64,000 nt of DNA from Octopus sinensis (lineage: Eukaryota): contig NC_043009.1 in assembly GCF_006345805.1 (NCBI RefSeq), positions 49,910,001-49,974,000 on the forward strand. Direction: 5' to 3'. Shown in pieces: positions 25,315-39,946 of this stretch; within the stretch, counting starts at the first letter, position 1, and each line of letters opens with the position of its first letter. The notes beneath the pieces were generated by a model, which did not search any database, was not told the DNA's origin, and worked only from the letters and a program-made list of their open reading frames with translations. The position numbers and the translations under genes were made by a program.

Positions 25315-26219
25315 GAAGACAAAGCACACACACATAGAGAGGCAAATACTTAGAAAGAGAGAGAGTGAGAAAGAGATTAGATATGTAGGCATAAAGCAAG
25401 ACAGATAGTAGGATAGGGAAAAAGAGAGATCTAAATACATAATTATATATATAGTTATGTGTATATATGTGTGTGTGTATATATATATATATATATGTAA
25501 TAGACAACAAAGATTACATATGTGAATTTGCATGTGTGTGAAATTTTTTTTTCTATTCCTCCTCACCCATCCCATCCCCACATGAACAAATCCATATTTT
25601 GAAATTGAATTCTAACACCCTACATTAAAAAGCAAGAAAACCAAGATATTTATCTTCAGAAATCTTTAGCATATATCTAAAAGAATTAAATTGAAGCCTC
25701 CTATGTGTGTATAGTGTGTATACACATAAACATATTTCTATACACTCATATTGCACATGCACAAATAAACAGACATTTATAACCATTTCGTACATAAGTA
25801 TAGACATGTATACTTATGTCCATCACATATATATACATACATATATACATACATATATATATATATATATACACACAGGCACAAATACATTCATATCAAA
25901 TATATTTACTTCAGCAGATACATATATTTCATAAACTTAATTCTATACATACATATTTATACACATACGAACACATGTGTATTTTATATAAATACATATA
26001 CACAGAAAGAAGCATGCATATATATACATATACAAATATGCACATACATACTCATAAACACACAGTAGAAAACACACACACATGCACACAAACACAACCA
26101 TACAGACACTACATAAAAATAACATTACAAACTTTCTTAAAAAAATAAACACCAAAAACAACTGAGAAAGAAAAAGTTTCATATCAAAATAGACAATGTT
26201 CAACTTTAAAATATTGTAC

Positions 26220-26293
<74 letters not shown>

Positions 26294-27151
26294 ACACACA
26301 CAGTTACTCAAACTGCCCTTAAAGAAATTGGTAACTGAGAACTTCTCTAATATGTTATTACACATTTACTACTAGATTCTTGCTCATTATTTGAAATTCA
26401 TCCAGACATCTTCAATGTGTGTGGGTGTATAATTGCAGGTATATATGACAATGATTCATAAATGCAGTTTGTGTTTACATGTGTGTGTGTGTGTTTACAT
26501 GTGTGTGTGTGTGTGTATGTGTAGGTAGGTATGCACGTATTCATGTTTTTGTGCTTGACTTCAGTTGCATGTAAGTTTGTGCTTGAGGAAATATGTTGGT
26601 ATATTATTTCAAAAATAGGAATTCAGATAAACATGTATGTGCATACATATGCATGTATATTGGAACTGTGTAACTCAGTACAACATGTATATATGCATGC
26701 ATGGATGTTTTACCACATACATGGATACATGCATGTATACGTATGCATAAGCTAACCATGTAAGTTGGTGCAACCTGTACATGATTGGACCATGAACAAC
26801 TTAACTGACTGGCTCACTTGGAGAGGATAGTGGTTTTTGGATGCTCTGCAAAATGAAAGACAAAACCTGTTAAATGGTGAAGGGACAAACATGTGGATTT
26901 AGAATCCATTTTGCAGCACAAAACCTTTTGAGAGAATCTTCTATCATAATCTCAAGTTCACCAATGCCTTATGATGGAAATTTGTGGTAAAAATATAAAA
27001 CAAAAAGAAAAAAAAAATATGGGAAAATCTACAGTGTATGTGCACATATGTGTCTGTGTGTGTGTACCTGTTTCTATGTGGGCAAAAATAGTGGCAGTGC
27101 TTATATTTCCTGTAAACAATACATCTTGGAGCTCAGTGGTTTCAATGTGTG

Positions 27152-27418
27152 ATCATCATCATCATCGTTTTATGTCCGCTTTCCGTGCTAGCATGGGTTG
27201 GACGATTTTGACTGAAGGCTGGCAAACCAGATGGCTGCACCAGGCTCCAGTCTTGATCTGGCAGAGTTTCTACAGTTGGATGTCCTTCCTAACGCCAACC
27301 ACTCCGAGAGTGTAGTGGGTGCTTTTTACGTGCCACCGGCACGGGGGCCAAGCAGGCAGTACTGGCAATAACCTTGCTCGAATCTTTTTACACGTGCCAC
27401 CGGCACAGGTGCCAGTGA
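27152..27418 (-). mobile_element. SINE family C variant
   Basis: (CAT)n, tccgctttccgtgctagcatgggttggacg, ggatgtccttcctaacgccaacc, tttttacgtgccaccggcac. Confidence 0.88.
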
Positions 27419-28469
27419 AGTGTGAAGACCATTGAAATATAAAGATGAAAAGCAAACACAGTTTTGTGCAGGAAGGATAGCTTCAATATATTGCATTCAA
27501 CCCATGGCAACATGGAAAATGTATGTAAAAATGATGATGATGATGATGATATATGTATATATATTTTCTATGGGTCAGCCAGGTGTACCTTGAAAGTTGT
27601 ATCCTGTGACAGGAACACAAGTATCTTACTAGACTGTCCAAATATACTAAAGATTGACCTGAAGAGCCAGCTGTCACAGACAAATGAGTATGGGTTGGCA
27701 ATATGTACCATGCTTCTGCTAATTGTTTTAGGTGCTTCTGTGGTGGCAAACAGACATTGTCAACCTCTCAGCTCTCCCACCCTTCAACTAAGCTGCACAT
27801 GAAGGATATGATAGCTAGGAGAGGATGGGAGAACTGCACCAATACTTAGCAAGTACTCATTTACAACCAGGCAGATTGGAGCAACTTGAAATGAAGTGTC
27901 TTGCTCAAGGAGGCAGTGTACTACCAGTTCAGGAATTGAACCCTGAATATTATGATGATGAGCTGAACAACTTGGCCATAGGGCCAGGTGCCTTCAATAA
28001 AGACAGACATAATCATTTGAGAAAATAATTATCAGAAAGACTACTACGTTGATATAATTGACTAAGACTTTTGACTACAGTACCCTAGCAAAGCTACAGT
28101 CTAAAGACATTAAAAAATATATGCACAAGTAAACACAACCTGTTAAGCTTCTATTCTCTGTAACTGATCACCTTGCTAATGACCAACAAAATCTTTAACT
28201 TTACATAGAACAATAAATATTGATTCCTTATAAAGGTAGAAAACCAATTATACAACAATAATAGTAGTAACAACAGCAGTGTAGTAGTAATAGTGGTATG
28301 GTTGATTGAGTCAATCATAGTATATAACTAGTGTACATTTATCAACAACCTAGGTGAGGTATAGCAAAATACAACTGAGATGAATTTGAACTCAGGATAT
28401 AACAGGGAGACAAAACAGAATTTCTTAATAGTTTCTTTAAGTATATTTTGAGCCAAGTCACTCTTTATG

Positions 28470-28650
28470 CAGTTGAAAGACCAGCTGGAAATAGTGACCA
28501 AATTTTCCTAAAATCACACATATAGACAATTTAAGGAAAGAACACATTGGTTTATGTGATATATCTAAATAAATGATGGGGGTGGTCCTTGATGGAATGC
28601 CTGCGATTGTAGGCATGTCCAATAAGGCTGACCTTGGGCCAAACAACAAT
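28470..28650 (+). mobile_element. old repeat family E
   Basis: ccagctggaaatagtgaccaaatt...aaggctgaccttgggccaaacaacaa. Confidence 0.6.
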
Positions 28651-28790
28651 GCCACCAACTGTCTTAGACTAATGAATAATATTAAAGTTGCTTCATTAAT
28701 GTTATTACATGCATGTGGTATTCTCTTCCTAGTATTTATACTCTATACTCCAATATTACAAACAGCATACACATGTGTATGTATGTGTGC

Positions 28791-28830
<40 letters not shown>

Positions 28831-29618
28831 ATGTGTAAATGTAGAAGCTAAAGTTACACTTGCACACTTTTCAAACTATTTGCTCTGAAGTTCATCAAGC
28901 AGAAGAATGTAGTACATATGTACATATGTATGAATATATGCATACATACAGACATATATACCTAGATACATTACATGCATGCATACATATGTACATACAT
29001 ATGCATACACACACATATATATATATGTACAAAGTAGCAGTTAACATGGCATTGATGTATTAATGCTATCTTATACTTATGACAAGAGGCAATGCTAATT
29101 AGTTGACCAACACACATGGAACACACAAATATTTACCCAGAGGCCTGTTTCAAATATTTGACCAACCACACAATGAAAGTAACAAACAATTGTCTATTTT
29201 CTTTTCCAGAAAGCAGATAATGCCTTTTGATGACCAGCTTCATATATTTTCTTTCAAACATAGGAATAATGCTTCCCTAATTGCCTGTTTAACAACCAAC
29301 CCCACCAGGTGAGGCATGTGTGTATTTGTGTGTGTGTGTGTATGTTTAATTGGTCTTTTTTGGAAACCTGCAATACCAGAATCTGTGTGCAGAAGGCCAG
29401 ATTTAATAATGTAAATGAAAATATTGTCTTCTTTTAGATTTTATTTGCCTTTTTCTGCTTTTTGTTTCATTTTCGGTTTCTTTTGGAAACACAAACAATA
29501 GAAATTAACTATAAATGTGCAAACAAACAAGTTATATATTTACATTAAACAGTGTCATGCTTTTGAAGCATTTCTTCACTTGTTATTACATTAAACTTGG
29601 TAATTCAATTCCAGTTAA

Positions 29619-29619
<1 letters not shown>

Positions 29620-29659
<40 letters not shown>

Positions 29660-29688
29660 TATACATATATATTTACATATACATATAT

Positions 29689-29738
<50 letters not shown>

Positions 29739-29900
29739 CATATATATGTGTGTGTGTGTGTGTATATATTTGTATATATATATGTGTGTGTGTGTGTGTT
29801 GTTTGTATATATATATTGTTTGTTGTTAACTAATTTGCTATTTGCATAACAGTACTGCAGTGAAGAAGAACTTCAACTTCATATTATATATGTGTATGTG

Positions 29901-29972
<72 letters not shown>

Positions 29973-29995
29973 TGTGTGTGTGTGTCTGTGTGAGT
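29620..29995. repeat. (TA)n and (TG)n microsatellites
   Basis: Direct reading. Confidence 0.92.
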
Positions 29996-30488
29996 GGTTG
30001 GAATATTTGTTATTTGTTTTGTTAGTTTCAACTGAGTACTAAACCAGAAATGTTTACATAACTTACACATAACTGTTTAATCAACCAACATTTAGATAAT
30101 ATTTTTTTGTTTTAGAATTATAGGTAAATAAAACACAGTTTATTGAATGTAAATAAAAGTATTTCAGTGTTCAGAATAGATTCAAACAATGAAGATGATT
30201 TATTATAGCACTTCATGGGGTTAGTTCTCACTGTGGTACTTTGGTCATGAAGTTAGCATCCACAGTGAAGCTTGGGGATGCAAAAGCTAAGCAAACATTA
30301 TACAGTATTGCTTGCTTTTTTTTCTTCTTTTTCGTTTTTGAAATAGCAAATTCTAGCTGGGGATTAACATTCCCCAAAAGACACTATTACTTGCATACTA
30401 GACTCTACTCTAAATAGGAGTAAACTGAGGTTGTTATCTGCTCCGAAACTATTTTCAAAGAAAGTAAAATGAAGGCGACAGCAAAATG

Positions 30489-30640
30489 AAAGTATGTTGT
30501 ATATATATGACACAGAAGAAAGCCTGGTCTCCATGATAGGAAATAAAGTATTGTCTATGTGATGAAAAGAAAAGTATGGCCTATGTAATGAAAGAGATAG
30601 CTTAAGCTATATGATAGACAACAAAGCATTGTCTCTGAAG
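30489..30640. repeat. degenerate ~26-bp minisatellite
   Basis: Five to six units resembling aaagtat(t/g)gtctatgtgatgaaaaga. Confidence 0.5.
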
Positions 30641-31317
30641 ACATTTAAGTTGTTTTTCAACAATTTAGAGCCAAGTTGGCTTTTCAGATTCTAATATTTG
30701 TCCAATATTTGCCAGTGATTGTCTTTAGTAGTGTAAAAACATTTAAGTCAGTGATAACACTGACCTCACTTTCGCAACCTGGTTTCTGACGAAGTGTAAG
30801 ACATTTAATCAGAGATTAGAAAAAGTATGTGTGAAGTATGCATGCAGTCAGCCATTGGCCAGCCGTTTCGTAAGATCTTTGAATGTGGGGCCAGTACATA
30901 ATAATTTTAGATTACACTTTTCTCATGTCTCAAAAATAGTAGTATTCATTAAAATAACACCAAAGACACAGGAAACGGATGAGGAGAACATGTAGCAGTA
31001 TCTATAAAGTTGAAATTAGAAATACAGACAAAAACAAAAGTTAAAAGGCAGGTTCTATAAAGTGAATAGAGGGAGATACCTTTACTTAACTGATTTGATT
31101 GAATACTGAGCAGTGATGTAAAATAAACATGCCATCGATTACTCTAAGATGAAAGAAACAATAATAAACAAGGAGAGTGACTTAAAATCAAAAACTACAG
31201 AACAAAGAGAGATAATACATGTCAGTCAGCAAAAGAGAGGAATAGAAATTTAGCCTAGCCTTTCTTTATGTTGTCATTCTTATTAAAGGGTACCTATATA
31301 CACAGAGCACCCGTTAC

Positions 31318-31398
31318 CTTTCACTTCTGAACTTATGGCACACTCGTTACAGATGGATCCCATCACTGTTTGTGAAACTAATGGTCTACAAATGTCAA
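31318..31398 (-). CDS. candidate 81-nt exon, or start exon MGSICNECAISSEVK (ATG at 31363)
   Basis: ttctaacag acceptor and AAG|gtaacg donor. Only one frame is open (phase 1 to 1): DICRPLVSQTVMGSICNECAISSEVK. Confidence 0.4.
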
Positions 31399-31755
31399 CT
31401 GTTAGAACATCAACAACAACAACGTCATCACCACTACCATCACCATCGCCATCGCCATCATCATCATCATCATCATCATCATTATTATTATTGTTATTGT
31501 TATTATGACATTGTATTTCGAGTACTAACATTTATCTATTATCCGTTTTGTGGAAACAAATTTTTGGGGAAAGAATATAAACAAAATTTCGTTAAAATAT
31601 CAAACGAACATATAAGGAAGATTTTTGAGCAATAAAAGGAGAAAAATTATAAATTTAAAATGAAAATACTGACATTTTGATTTTATTTAGAGTTTATTAT
31701 TAAAAAAAAATATTACTGTTGTTGTAATTGTTGTTGTTTTTCTTCTTCTCCTCAT

Positions 31756-31808
<53 letters not shown>

Positions 31809-31829
31809 CATTGTTATTGCATGCTTTCA

Positions 31830-32215
31830 ATGTGTAACTAAGTGCAACTTCATGTGCCTTGGGTACATACAATATTTTTGTAACATTTTTATATATTTAT
31901 CTTCTCTATTAAGATTAATCTACATAATATGTATGTGCAGTGCCTAGTAGTGCTATTTTTTTTTTTTGTTTTTTGGGATGTTGTGTATGTGTGTAAGTCC
32001 TAAAGGTTTTTTTAGTTAGATATATTTGTCTGCATCTCTTTATTATCATTCCTAAGGCACTTATAATTATACAGATTGTTTCTGCTTTCAATCCCTCCAT
32101 TTTGAATATCTCTGGATAGTTTCTTAATTTCTTTCAAAGATTTATTGTTATAATATTTGAATATTTTCTTCATTTCTTCCAGAGATATACTGCTGTTGTT
32201 ATTATTAACTTTCTG
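31830..32215 (-). mobile_element. degenerate R4/Dong-like LINE 3' remnant
   Basis: ORF 32100..31915 contains GLKAETICIIISALGMI and KIALLGTAH, the same C-terminal motifs as 386-660 and 47330-47560. Confidence 0.65.
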
Positions 32216-32382
32216 ATGTTAGAGAGCAGCAGAAATTATAGATTAATGGATTAAATGCCTTGAAGCATTATAGCTTATATCCCTCAATATTTGAATAATA
32301 AATAAATACCAGTCAAGTACTAGAGTTGATATAATGACTATAAGTTACTCAAAGATACTAACATTGAACCAGTGTTAGAAAT

Positions 32383-32674
32383 CATTATTATTATTATTAT
32401 GATTATTATGATTATTATGATTTTATTATTTTTATCATGATGATTATTATTATATTATTATATATTATTATTATATTATTATTATTAGTATTATTGTTAT
32501 ATTATTATCATTATTATTATTATTATTATTGTTATTATTATTATCATTATTATGATTATTATTATTATGATTATTGTTATTATTATGAGCATTTTATTAT
32601 TATTATATTATATTATTATTATTATTATTATTATTGTATTATTATTATTATTATTATTGTTATTATTATTATCA

Positions 32675-32728
<54 letters not shown>

Positions 32729-32762
32729 GTTATTATTATTATCATTATTATTATTATCATGA
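32383..32762. repeat. ~380-bp (ATT)n microsatellite block
   Basis: Direct reading. Confidence 0.95.
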
Positions 32763-32803
32763 TAAAATTGTACAGCTATAGATTACGAAACGACATTCGA
32801 AAT

Positions 32804-33102
32804 AAAGCACCATCCGATCGTGGCCGTTGCCAGACTCGTCTGGCCCCCATGCCGGTGGCACGTAAAAAGCACCATCCGATCGTGGCCGTTTGCCAGCCTT
32901 GTCTGGCACCTGTGCAGGTGGCACGTAAAAGGCACCAACTACACCCATGAAGTGGTTGGTGTTAGGAAGGGCATCCAGCTGTAGAAACACTGCCAGATCA
33001 GACTGGGCCTGGCACAGCCTTCTGGCTTCCCAGACCCCAGTTGCACCGTCCAACCCATGCTAGCATGGAAAACGGACGTTAAACGATGATGACGATGATG
33101 AT
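32804..33102 (+). mobile_element. SINE family C
   Basis: Three aaagcacc-type internal units, body and (GAT)n tail. Confidence 0.92.
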
Positions 33103-33254
33103 TATCATCATCATCATCATTATTATTATCATGATTATTATTATTATCATCATCATCATTATTATTATCGTCCTCATCATTATTATTATTATTATTATTG
33201 TTATCATGATTATTTATATTATTATTATTATTATTATTATTATCATTATTTATT

Positions 33255-33529
33255 GACTGATTGATTGGCCCTTGTTGCTAATACAAGAAAACCCAAAAGA
33301 ATCCCTCTCAACACTTGGCTATGATGCTCTCCCACTACCCAGAGAAGCACATATCATCAGCCACTAAGGGATATGGTTAAGGTCAAGTTACTGACAAGCA
33401 AATCTGTGGTATTGAGCAGAACATTAGCTGTAGCCCATCTTTTATACCAAGACAAAATATGCACATAACACTTCCAATGAATTAAAATCAAAAGTCATGG
33501 GAGCTACTGTCTGGTATTACATCAAGGCA

Positions 33530-33530
<1 letters not shown>
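33255..33530. mobile_element. unclassified ~275-bp insertion inside (ATT)n
   Basis: Complex sequence cleanly bracketed by ATT runs. Resembles an octopus interspersed repeat from memory only. Confidence 0.4.
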
Positions 33531-33562
<32 letters not shown>

Positions 33563-33772
33563 GCGGTGGTGAGCTGACAGAAGTATTAGCAAGCTGGGTG
33601 AAATGCTATTTCATCTATCTTCGTGTTCTGAGTTCAAATTCTGCCGAGGTTGAAATGCCTTTCAACCTTTCAGGGTCGATGAAATAAGTACCAGTTGAAT
33701 ACTGGGGTTGGTGTAATCAACTGGTACTTATCCCCTCCCCTGAAATTGCTGGCCTTGTACCAAAATTTGAAA
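33563..33772 (+). mobile_element. SINE family A, (ATT)n-tailed subfamily
   Basis: Collinear with 147-357, including the ttgctggccttgtaccaaaatttgaaa tail. Confidence 0.87.
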
Positions 33773-33988
33773 TCATTATTACTATTGTCATTATTATTGG
33801 TGGTGGTAGAAGTAGTAGTAGTAAATTAGCAGGAACATTAGGACATTGGACAAAATGTCTTTGTCAGTTCTTGGCTGGTCTTTTATTTTATCAACCTCAG
33901 AAGGGTTTGAACAATGAGGGAAGCTAGATTTGAACTATAAACTACTGTGTTCCTTTCTCAACTTTCTGGCCTTGTGCATGTGTAAGAA

Positions 33989-34024
<36 letters not shown>

Positions 34025-34296
34025 TGGCCGTTTGCCAGCCTCACCTGGCCTCCGTGCCGGTGGCACGTAAAAAACACCATCCGATTGTGGCCGTTTGCCA
34101 GCCTCGTCTGGCACCTGTGCTGGTGGCACGTAAAAAGCACCCACTACACTCATGGAGTGGTTGCCGTTAGGAAGAGCATCCAGCCGTAGAAACATTGCCA
34201 GATCAGACTGAGCCTGGTGCAGCCTTCTGGCTTCCCAGACCCCAGTTGCACTGTCCAACCCATGCCAGCATGGAAAGCGGGCGCTAAACGATGGTG

Positions 34297-34298
<2 letters not shown>
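34025..34298 (+). mobile_element. SINE family C inserted in (ATT)n
   Basis: Family C body with two internal units. Confidence 0.9.
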
Positions 34299-34344
<46 letters not shown>

Positions 34345-34582
34345 GAGATTATTATCTTTGCAGCATGTTAATATAAATGTTAAGAGCTGAACTAAATACT
34401 CTTTACAGTATTTAGGTTTGTTCCTCTAGATTGCAAGTTCAAATCTTCCAGAGTTGACTCTGCCTTTCATCTCTTAAGAACTGATAAAAAAAAAAAGATA
34501 AACAAATAAAATGAAGAGAAATATTTTTCAAATCAACTATGTCCCTACTTTAGAAATATGTGATCTTGAATCAATGGAAATG

Positions 34583-34709
<127 letters not shown>

Positions 34710-34816
34710 TAATAATAACAACATTATCATCATCATCATGGTTAACTCTTTCAAGTACAACTTACTGATCATTACAAATCTGAGGAGCATGCAAAGATGT
34801 GTGTGTGTGTGTGTGT

Positions 34817-34847
<31 letters not shown>

Positions 34848-35222
34848 ATATATATATATATATATATATAACTGAGTGTATTATTCATCAAAGATTTGAA
34901 AATCAGCAAATTTTCGACGTGTGTATGCAAGGGATAGTGGTGGGGCGGGGTGGAAGACGGGTAAATCAAGAAAATGAAACAAGCAAACGATACAAAAACA
35001 ATAGAAATGTAGAGCTACATATCCCATGGAATCCTTTAAATTTTCAACCAATGTAAAGGATGATGGAACCAAACCAAAAAAAAAAACATAAAAAAAAAAC
35101 AACAATAACAAAATCATTGGATTCTGTATTCAGTTGGGAGAGGGAGAGGGAGAGAAAAGGAGAGAGAAAGAGAAAGTGAAAGTGAGAGACGCGTGTTCCA
35201 GTAGACACAGAGCACTACATAC

Positions 35223-35350
35223 CCATATAAAAGAGACTCGATAGCAGTTAAATGTACATGCTGGTATGAACAAGGGGTATGGGTATGATATAAACAAACA
35301 TACATCAAAGTGGAAGCAGACAAGCGGCTGCATCTGAAGACTGCGGACAT
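35223..35350 (-). other. candidate 128-nt exon
   Basis: gtgcatgtctttag acceptor and TGG|gtatgt donor. Two frames are open (DVRSLQMQPLVCFHFD...IW and MSAVFRCSRL...). It also ends in ATG G|gt. Confidence 0.25.
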
Positions 35351-35797
35351 CTAAAGACATGCACAAATAGATTACTCATGCAATTTTTAATTGAAATCAT
35401 TTCAGCTTCAAAGGAATTTCAGCTCATCATGGCAGATCGGCATAGATCATTCCTGGAAATGGCTGGAGCTGGAACTATATAACTGCTGCACAGACAGACC
35501 CCCTTTAAAAAGATAATCATTCTAATAAACCAGAACTAAGAGCATGACAATGTTTTTATTGTTTCAAAGACACTGCCTATGAAAATGATAGCAAAGCAAT
35601 CTTTTTCCCTGGGATGGGGTGGTGGTGCTGTCATTTTTTTGTTTTTTACTTTGTTTTAATGTATGTATGTATTTCGCCCCCTCCCCTCTATTTCATATCA
35701 AATAAATAGATAAATAAATGGAACAAAGAAAACAATAACAACAATAACCATAATAATAACTATTATAAATATATATATGTGTGTGTGTGTGTGTTGT

Positions 35798-35840
<43 letters not shown>

Positions 35841-35873
35841 TATACATATATGTATTTATGTATGTATGTATCA

Positions 35874-35932
<59 letters not shown>

Positions 35933-36289
35933 AATATAAAGCAAAACATCCCTACATTTTCTACCCCTCTTTTTTTTTTTTGTTATGAAGAGGTTTACTT
36001 TCTGCTCCTCCTATACTACGTTCATTGCTTTAGCCATCCCTTACATATTTGCCCAGGAAAAAGCCAAAAATAGCAAAACAAAGGACAAGAAGTAAAACAG
36101 GGGCCCTCCAAAAAAGAAAAAAAAAATGAAGGAGTGGATTACCATGTACATTTATGGAATAGTCGTCGGACCCACCCGTTCTCCTCTATCTATACTGCCC
36201 TGGGAATCTAACAAGATTTATAGTGGATATTTGTCAAGCTAGAACCGGTACCATAAAAGCTGGAGTAAATTCGAATAACAACTATAAAA

Positions 36290-36524
36290 CAATAAGGATA
36301 TAAATAATAATAATAACAACAATAATAATTAATGATAAAGTAACAATAATAATAATAAACATATAATATTATTATTATTACTATAATATAATAAAATAAT
36401 AATGATATGATAATGTATAATATAATAATAATAATAATATTAATAATAATAATAATAGTAGTAATAATAATAATATAATAATAATAATAATAATGAATAT
36501 ACAACAGTAATAATAATGATAATA

Positions 36525-36566
<42 letters not shown>

Positions 36567-36745
36567 TAATAGTAGTAGTAATAATAATAATAATGATAAT
36601 AACAACAGTAATAATAATGATAATAATAGTAATAATAATAATAATGATACAGAGATAAATATAAATAAAAATATGACGATGACGATAACAATAATAGAGA
36701 CTGTAATGACAAAGACAATAACAATAACAAAAAAGATTACAAAAA
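36290..36745. repeat. (AAT)n block
   Basis: Direct reading. Confidence 0.93.
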
Positions 36746-37244
36746 CAACAAACAGCATTAAAAAAACAATGTTTTTTTAATGATTTCCTCTCCACCCTAT
36801 CATTTATTTATTTTCCTTTCCTTTATTGTATTTTTATGCATCGCTTTTGTTTTATATCAGCAGGGATGGAGGTGTGGCCCAGGCTTTGCTACCACAAGTG
36901 GAAATATTCCAGAAGCTTCTTTCAGAAGAAAATTCTATTTAAATTTTTGAGGGTCAATTGAAAACCATAAACAAAAGGCAAAAATAGAAATTGAAATATA
37001 AAAGAATGAAAAAAAACCCCCAAAAAAAAAACAAAATAAAATAAAATAAAAATAAATAAAGAAACAAACGTGTTTTCTGTTTCAATTAAATATTATCCAA
37101 GTTAAAAATGGAATATATTAACAACAAAACAAAATGAAAATTGATTTATCTTTCGCAAGGAACAGAAAAGGAGGAGCACATGTGTGGTGATGTGTATCGC
37201 TGGCTGATTCAAGGTATTTATATGTATACATAATACATGGGCAA

Positions 37245-37270
37245 ATATATATGTATATATATAATCTATT

Positions 37271-37302
<32 letters not shown>

Positions 37303-37923
37303 ATATATATATATTATATATTGTATATATCTGATGTATGTTGTATGTATATATATAAAATTTAATATATAAATAATGTGTATATATGCATATTATATAT
37401 ATATATATACACATAAATGCATCTATATATATACACATACACATATATGCATATATATACATACATATATACAGATATATACATATATGTATACAGATAT
37501 ACATATACATATATACACATATATACATATAATATACACATATATATACTCATATATACATATATACTATATATATACATATATATACATATATATATAT
37601 ACATATATATATATATACATATACATATATACGTTATTACATATACATAATACATATCTATATATACATATATATACATATATATACATATATATATATA
37701 TACATATATACATATATACATATATACATATACATGTATATATACATATATACACACACACACATATATATATATCCATATATGTACGCATACATATATA
37801 TATATAATATATACATACATAATATATAGATACATATATATATATATATACATATATTATATTACATAATAATATATATATATCATAATATATATATACA
37901 TATATATATATATATAATATTAC

Positions 37924-37954
<31 letters not shown>

Positions 37955-38360
37955 GATATATATATATATATATTATATATATACATATATATATATATAC
38001 ATATATGTACGCATACATTTATATGCATACATAAATGCATATATAACATACATATATACACATATAAATGCATATATATACATACACACACATATACATA
38101 TATACATATACATACATATATGTATTATATATATATATACATACACATATATGTATATATACATACATATATGTATATATACATAAATTCATATATATAT
38201 ACATACATATAAGGTATATATATATATCATATATGTATATATAAATCCTAATATATATAATTACATAATACTATATATATATATATATAATATATATATA
38301 TACACACATACATATACATATATATATATACATACGTATATATTTATATACAATATATCT
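37245..38360. repeat. >1.1-kb (TA)/(CATA) compound microsatellite
   Basis: Direct reading. Confidence 0.95.
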
Positions 38361-39185
38361 ATAAATACAGACACACATGCATGTATGTGTGAATATGTAT
38401 ATGCTTGCAACATTTATATTCATAATGCATGTTTGCATCAATCTGCATAAGTATGGAGTTTTACATATGTGCATATTGGTATATTTAACTGTATGTACAC
38501 ATGCATTTGTGTATGTATGAGCCTTTAAATATATAAGTATATGCATCTGTGTATGTATATATATATATGTATGTATGTATGTATGTGAATGAAAATAATT
38601 TTGTTTAAACAATCGCAAACATAAATTGCATGCAAGAACTTGTCAGAATTCGCATTTATATACTCTCACACACACACACACACATATGCGCTTGTCCATT
38701 TCCTCTATATTTTTCTCATATATACACACTCACATACATATGCTCACACACTCATAAAGAAGACAAACACATGCCCATGTGTGTGTGTGTGTTTTATGTG
38801 CAGGGTTTATAAAGTTGTCCAATTTGATGCAAGTGATATCGAAACAAACTGAGATTTACAACTGAAATTATCTACTGAAGAAATTGACAATTACTGTGGA
38901 ATCGGTAGTTCAGTGGTTGAGGGGGGGGATGAAATGGGGAAAGAGGGAGAAAGGAGAAGATGGAGAGGAGAAAGGGAGTGATGGAAGTGAAATTGGGAAC
39001 CATAAACTAACATTAGAATATTTTTAAGAAAGATTGACATATTTCATGAATAATGGAAAATAATGCAATTTTTCAGTTCCACCATTTATTATTGTAATTC
39101 TTTCCAGAAATAGCCTTGCCGGCAGAACTTTTCTTTAAATCTCCAAAGGTAATTCATCATAATGCTATTATATACAACAGCGCGT

Positions 39186-39224
<39 letters not shown>

Positions 39225-39946
39225 GCCAGTGTGTATTTGTGCAGATATATATATATATATATGTATATATTATGTCATAACATTATATATATATATGCAT
39301 ACATAAAATATATATATTTATATGAATATATGTATGTATATATACACACATATGCACACACACACAGATATATATATATATATATGCATACAGACATATC
39401 GATAAATGCATACATTTACCTCTACATGTGTATGTGTGTGTGCACATGAACAGATCATGAATACATAGATTAAAGTGCTGGACAAAATCCTATGCCATGT
39501 TTATATATACACTCACAAACATATATACACACTCATATGTTAACACTGGTGCAAGCTCAATCCTAAGGACTCATCTCCAACTGCCTGTCAACTGAATGGT
39601 TCCTCCTTTTCGAAGGCCGCAGGTTATATATATACTTTGACTTTCACCCCTATTGGTGGTATTCTGAGGAACTGCGTTGGACTCACAACCAATGACTTTG
39701 AAGAAAGTTTTCCTCTGTGTATGCACTCTAATATGCCCAAGCTTATGGAAAGACTTTTCATCCCAATCTTATTTTACCTGGTGGTTCAAGAATTAGGAAA
39801 ATGTCTTGCACAGTATAACCTGAAACATTTTCTTTTTCACTAGAAATGTGCAGCTATCGCCTTTGTCTCGGTGAGAAACTGTACATATAATAATAACTTA
39901 CTATAATTGGTTCCACCGGCATAGCTCTTTATTTCCTCCACATATA

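Noticed and set aside
26530-26750. Clusters of TGCATG (Rbfox motif)
   Set aside because: By-product of decaying TG/CA/TA microsatellites, present on both strands throughout the window.
29131-29262. Minus-strand start exon MFERKYMKLVIK... ending TGG|gtaaat
   Set aside because: Phase 2 and no other support. It illustrates the chance background for ATG-donor pairs.
30100-30130. Plus-strand ttttag-aattatag-gtaaat microexon or recursive site
   Set aside because: Isolated, opposite to most other splice signals, and expected by chance in T-rich DNA.
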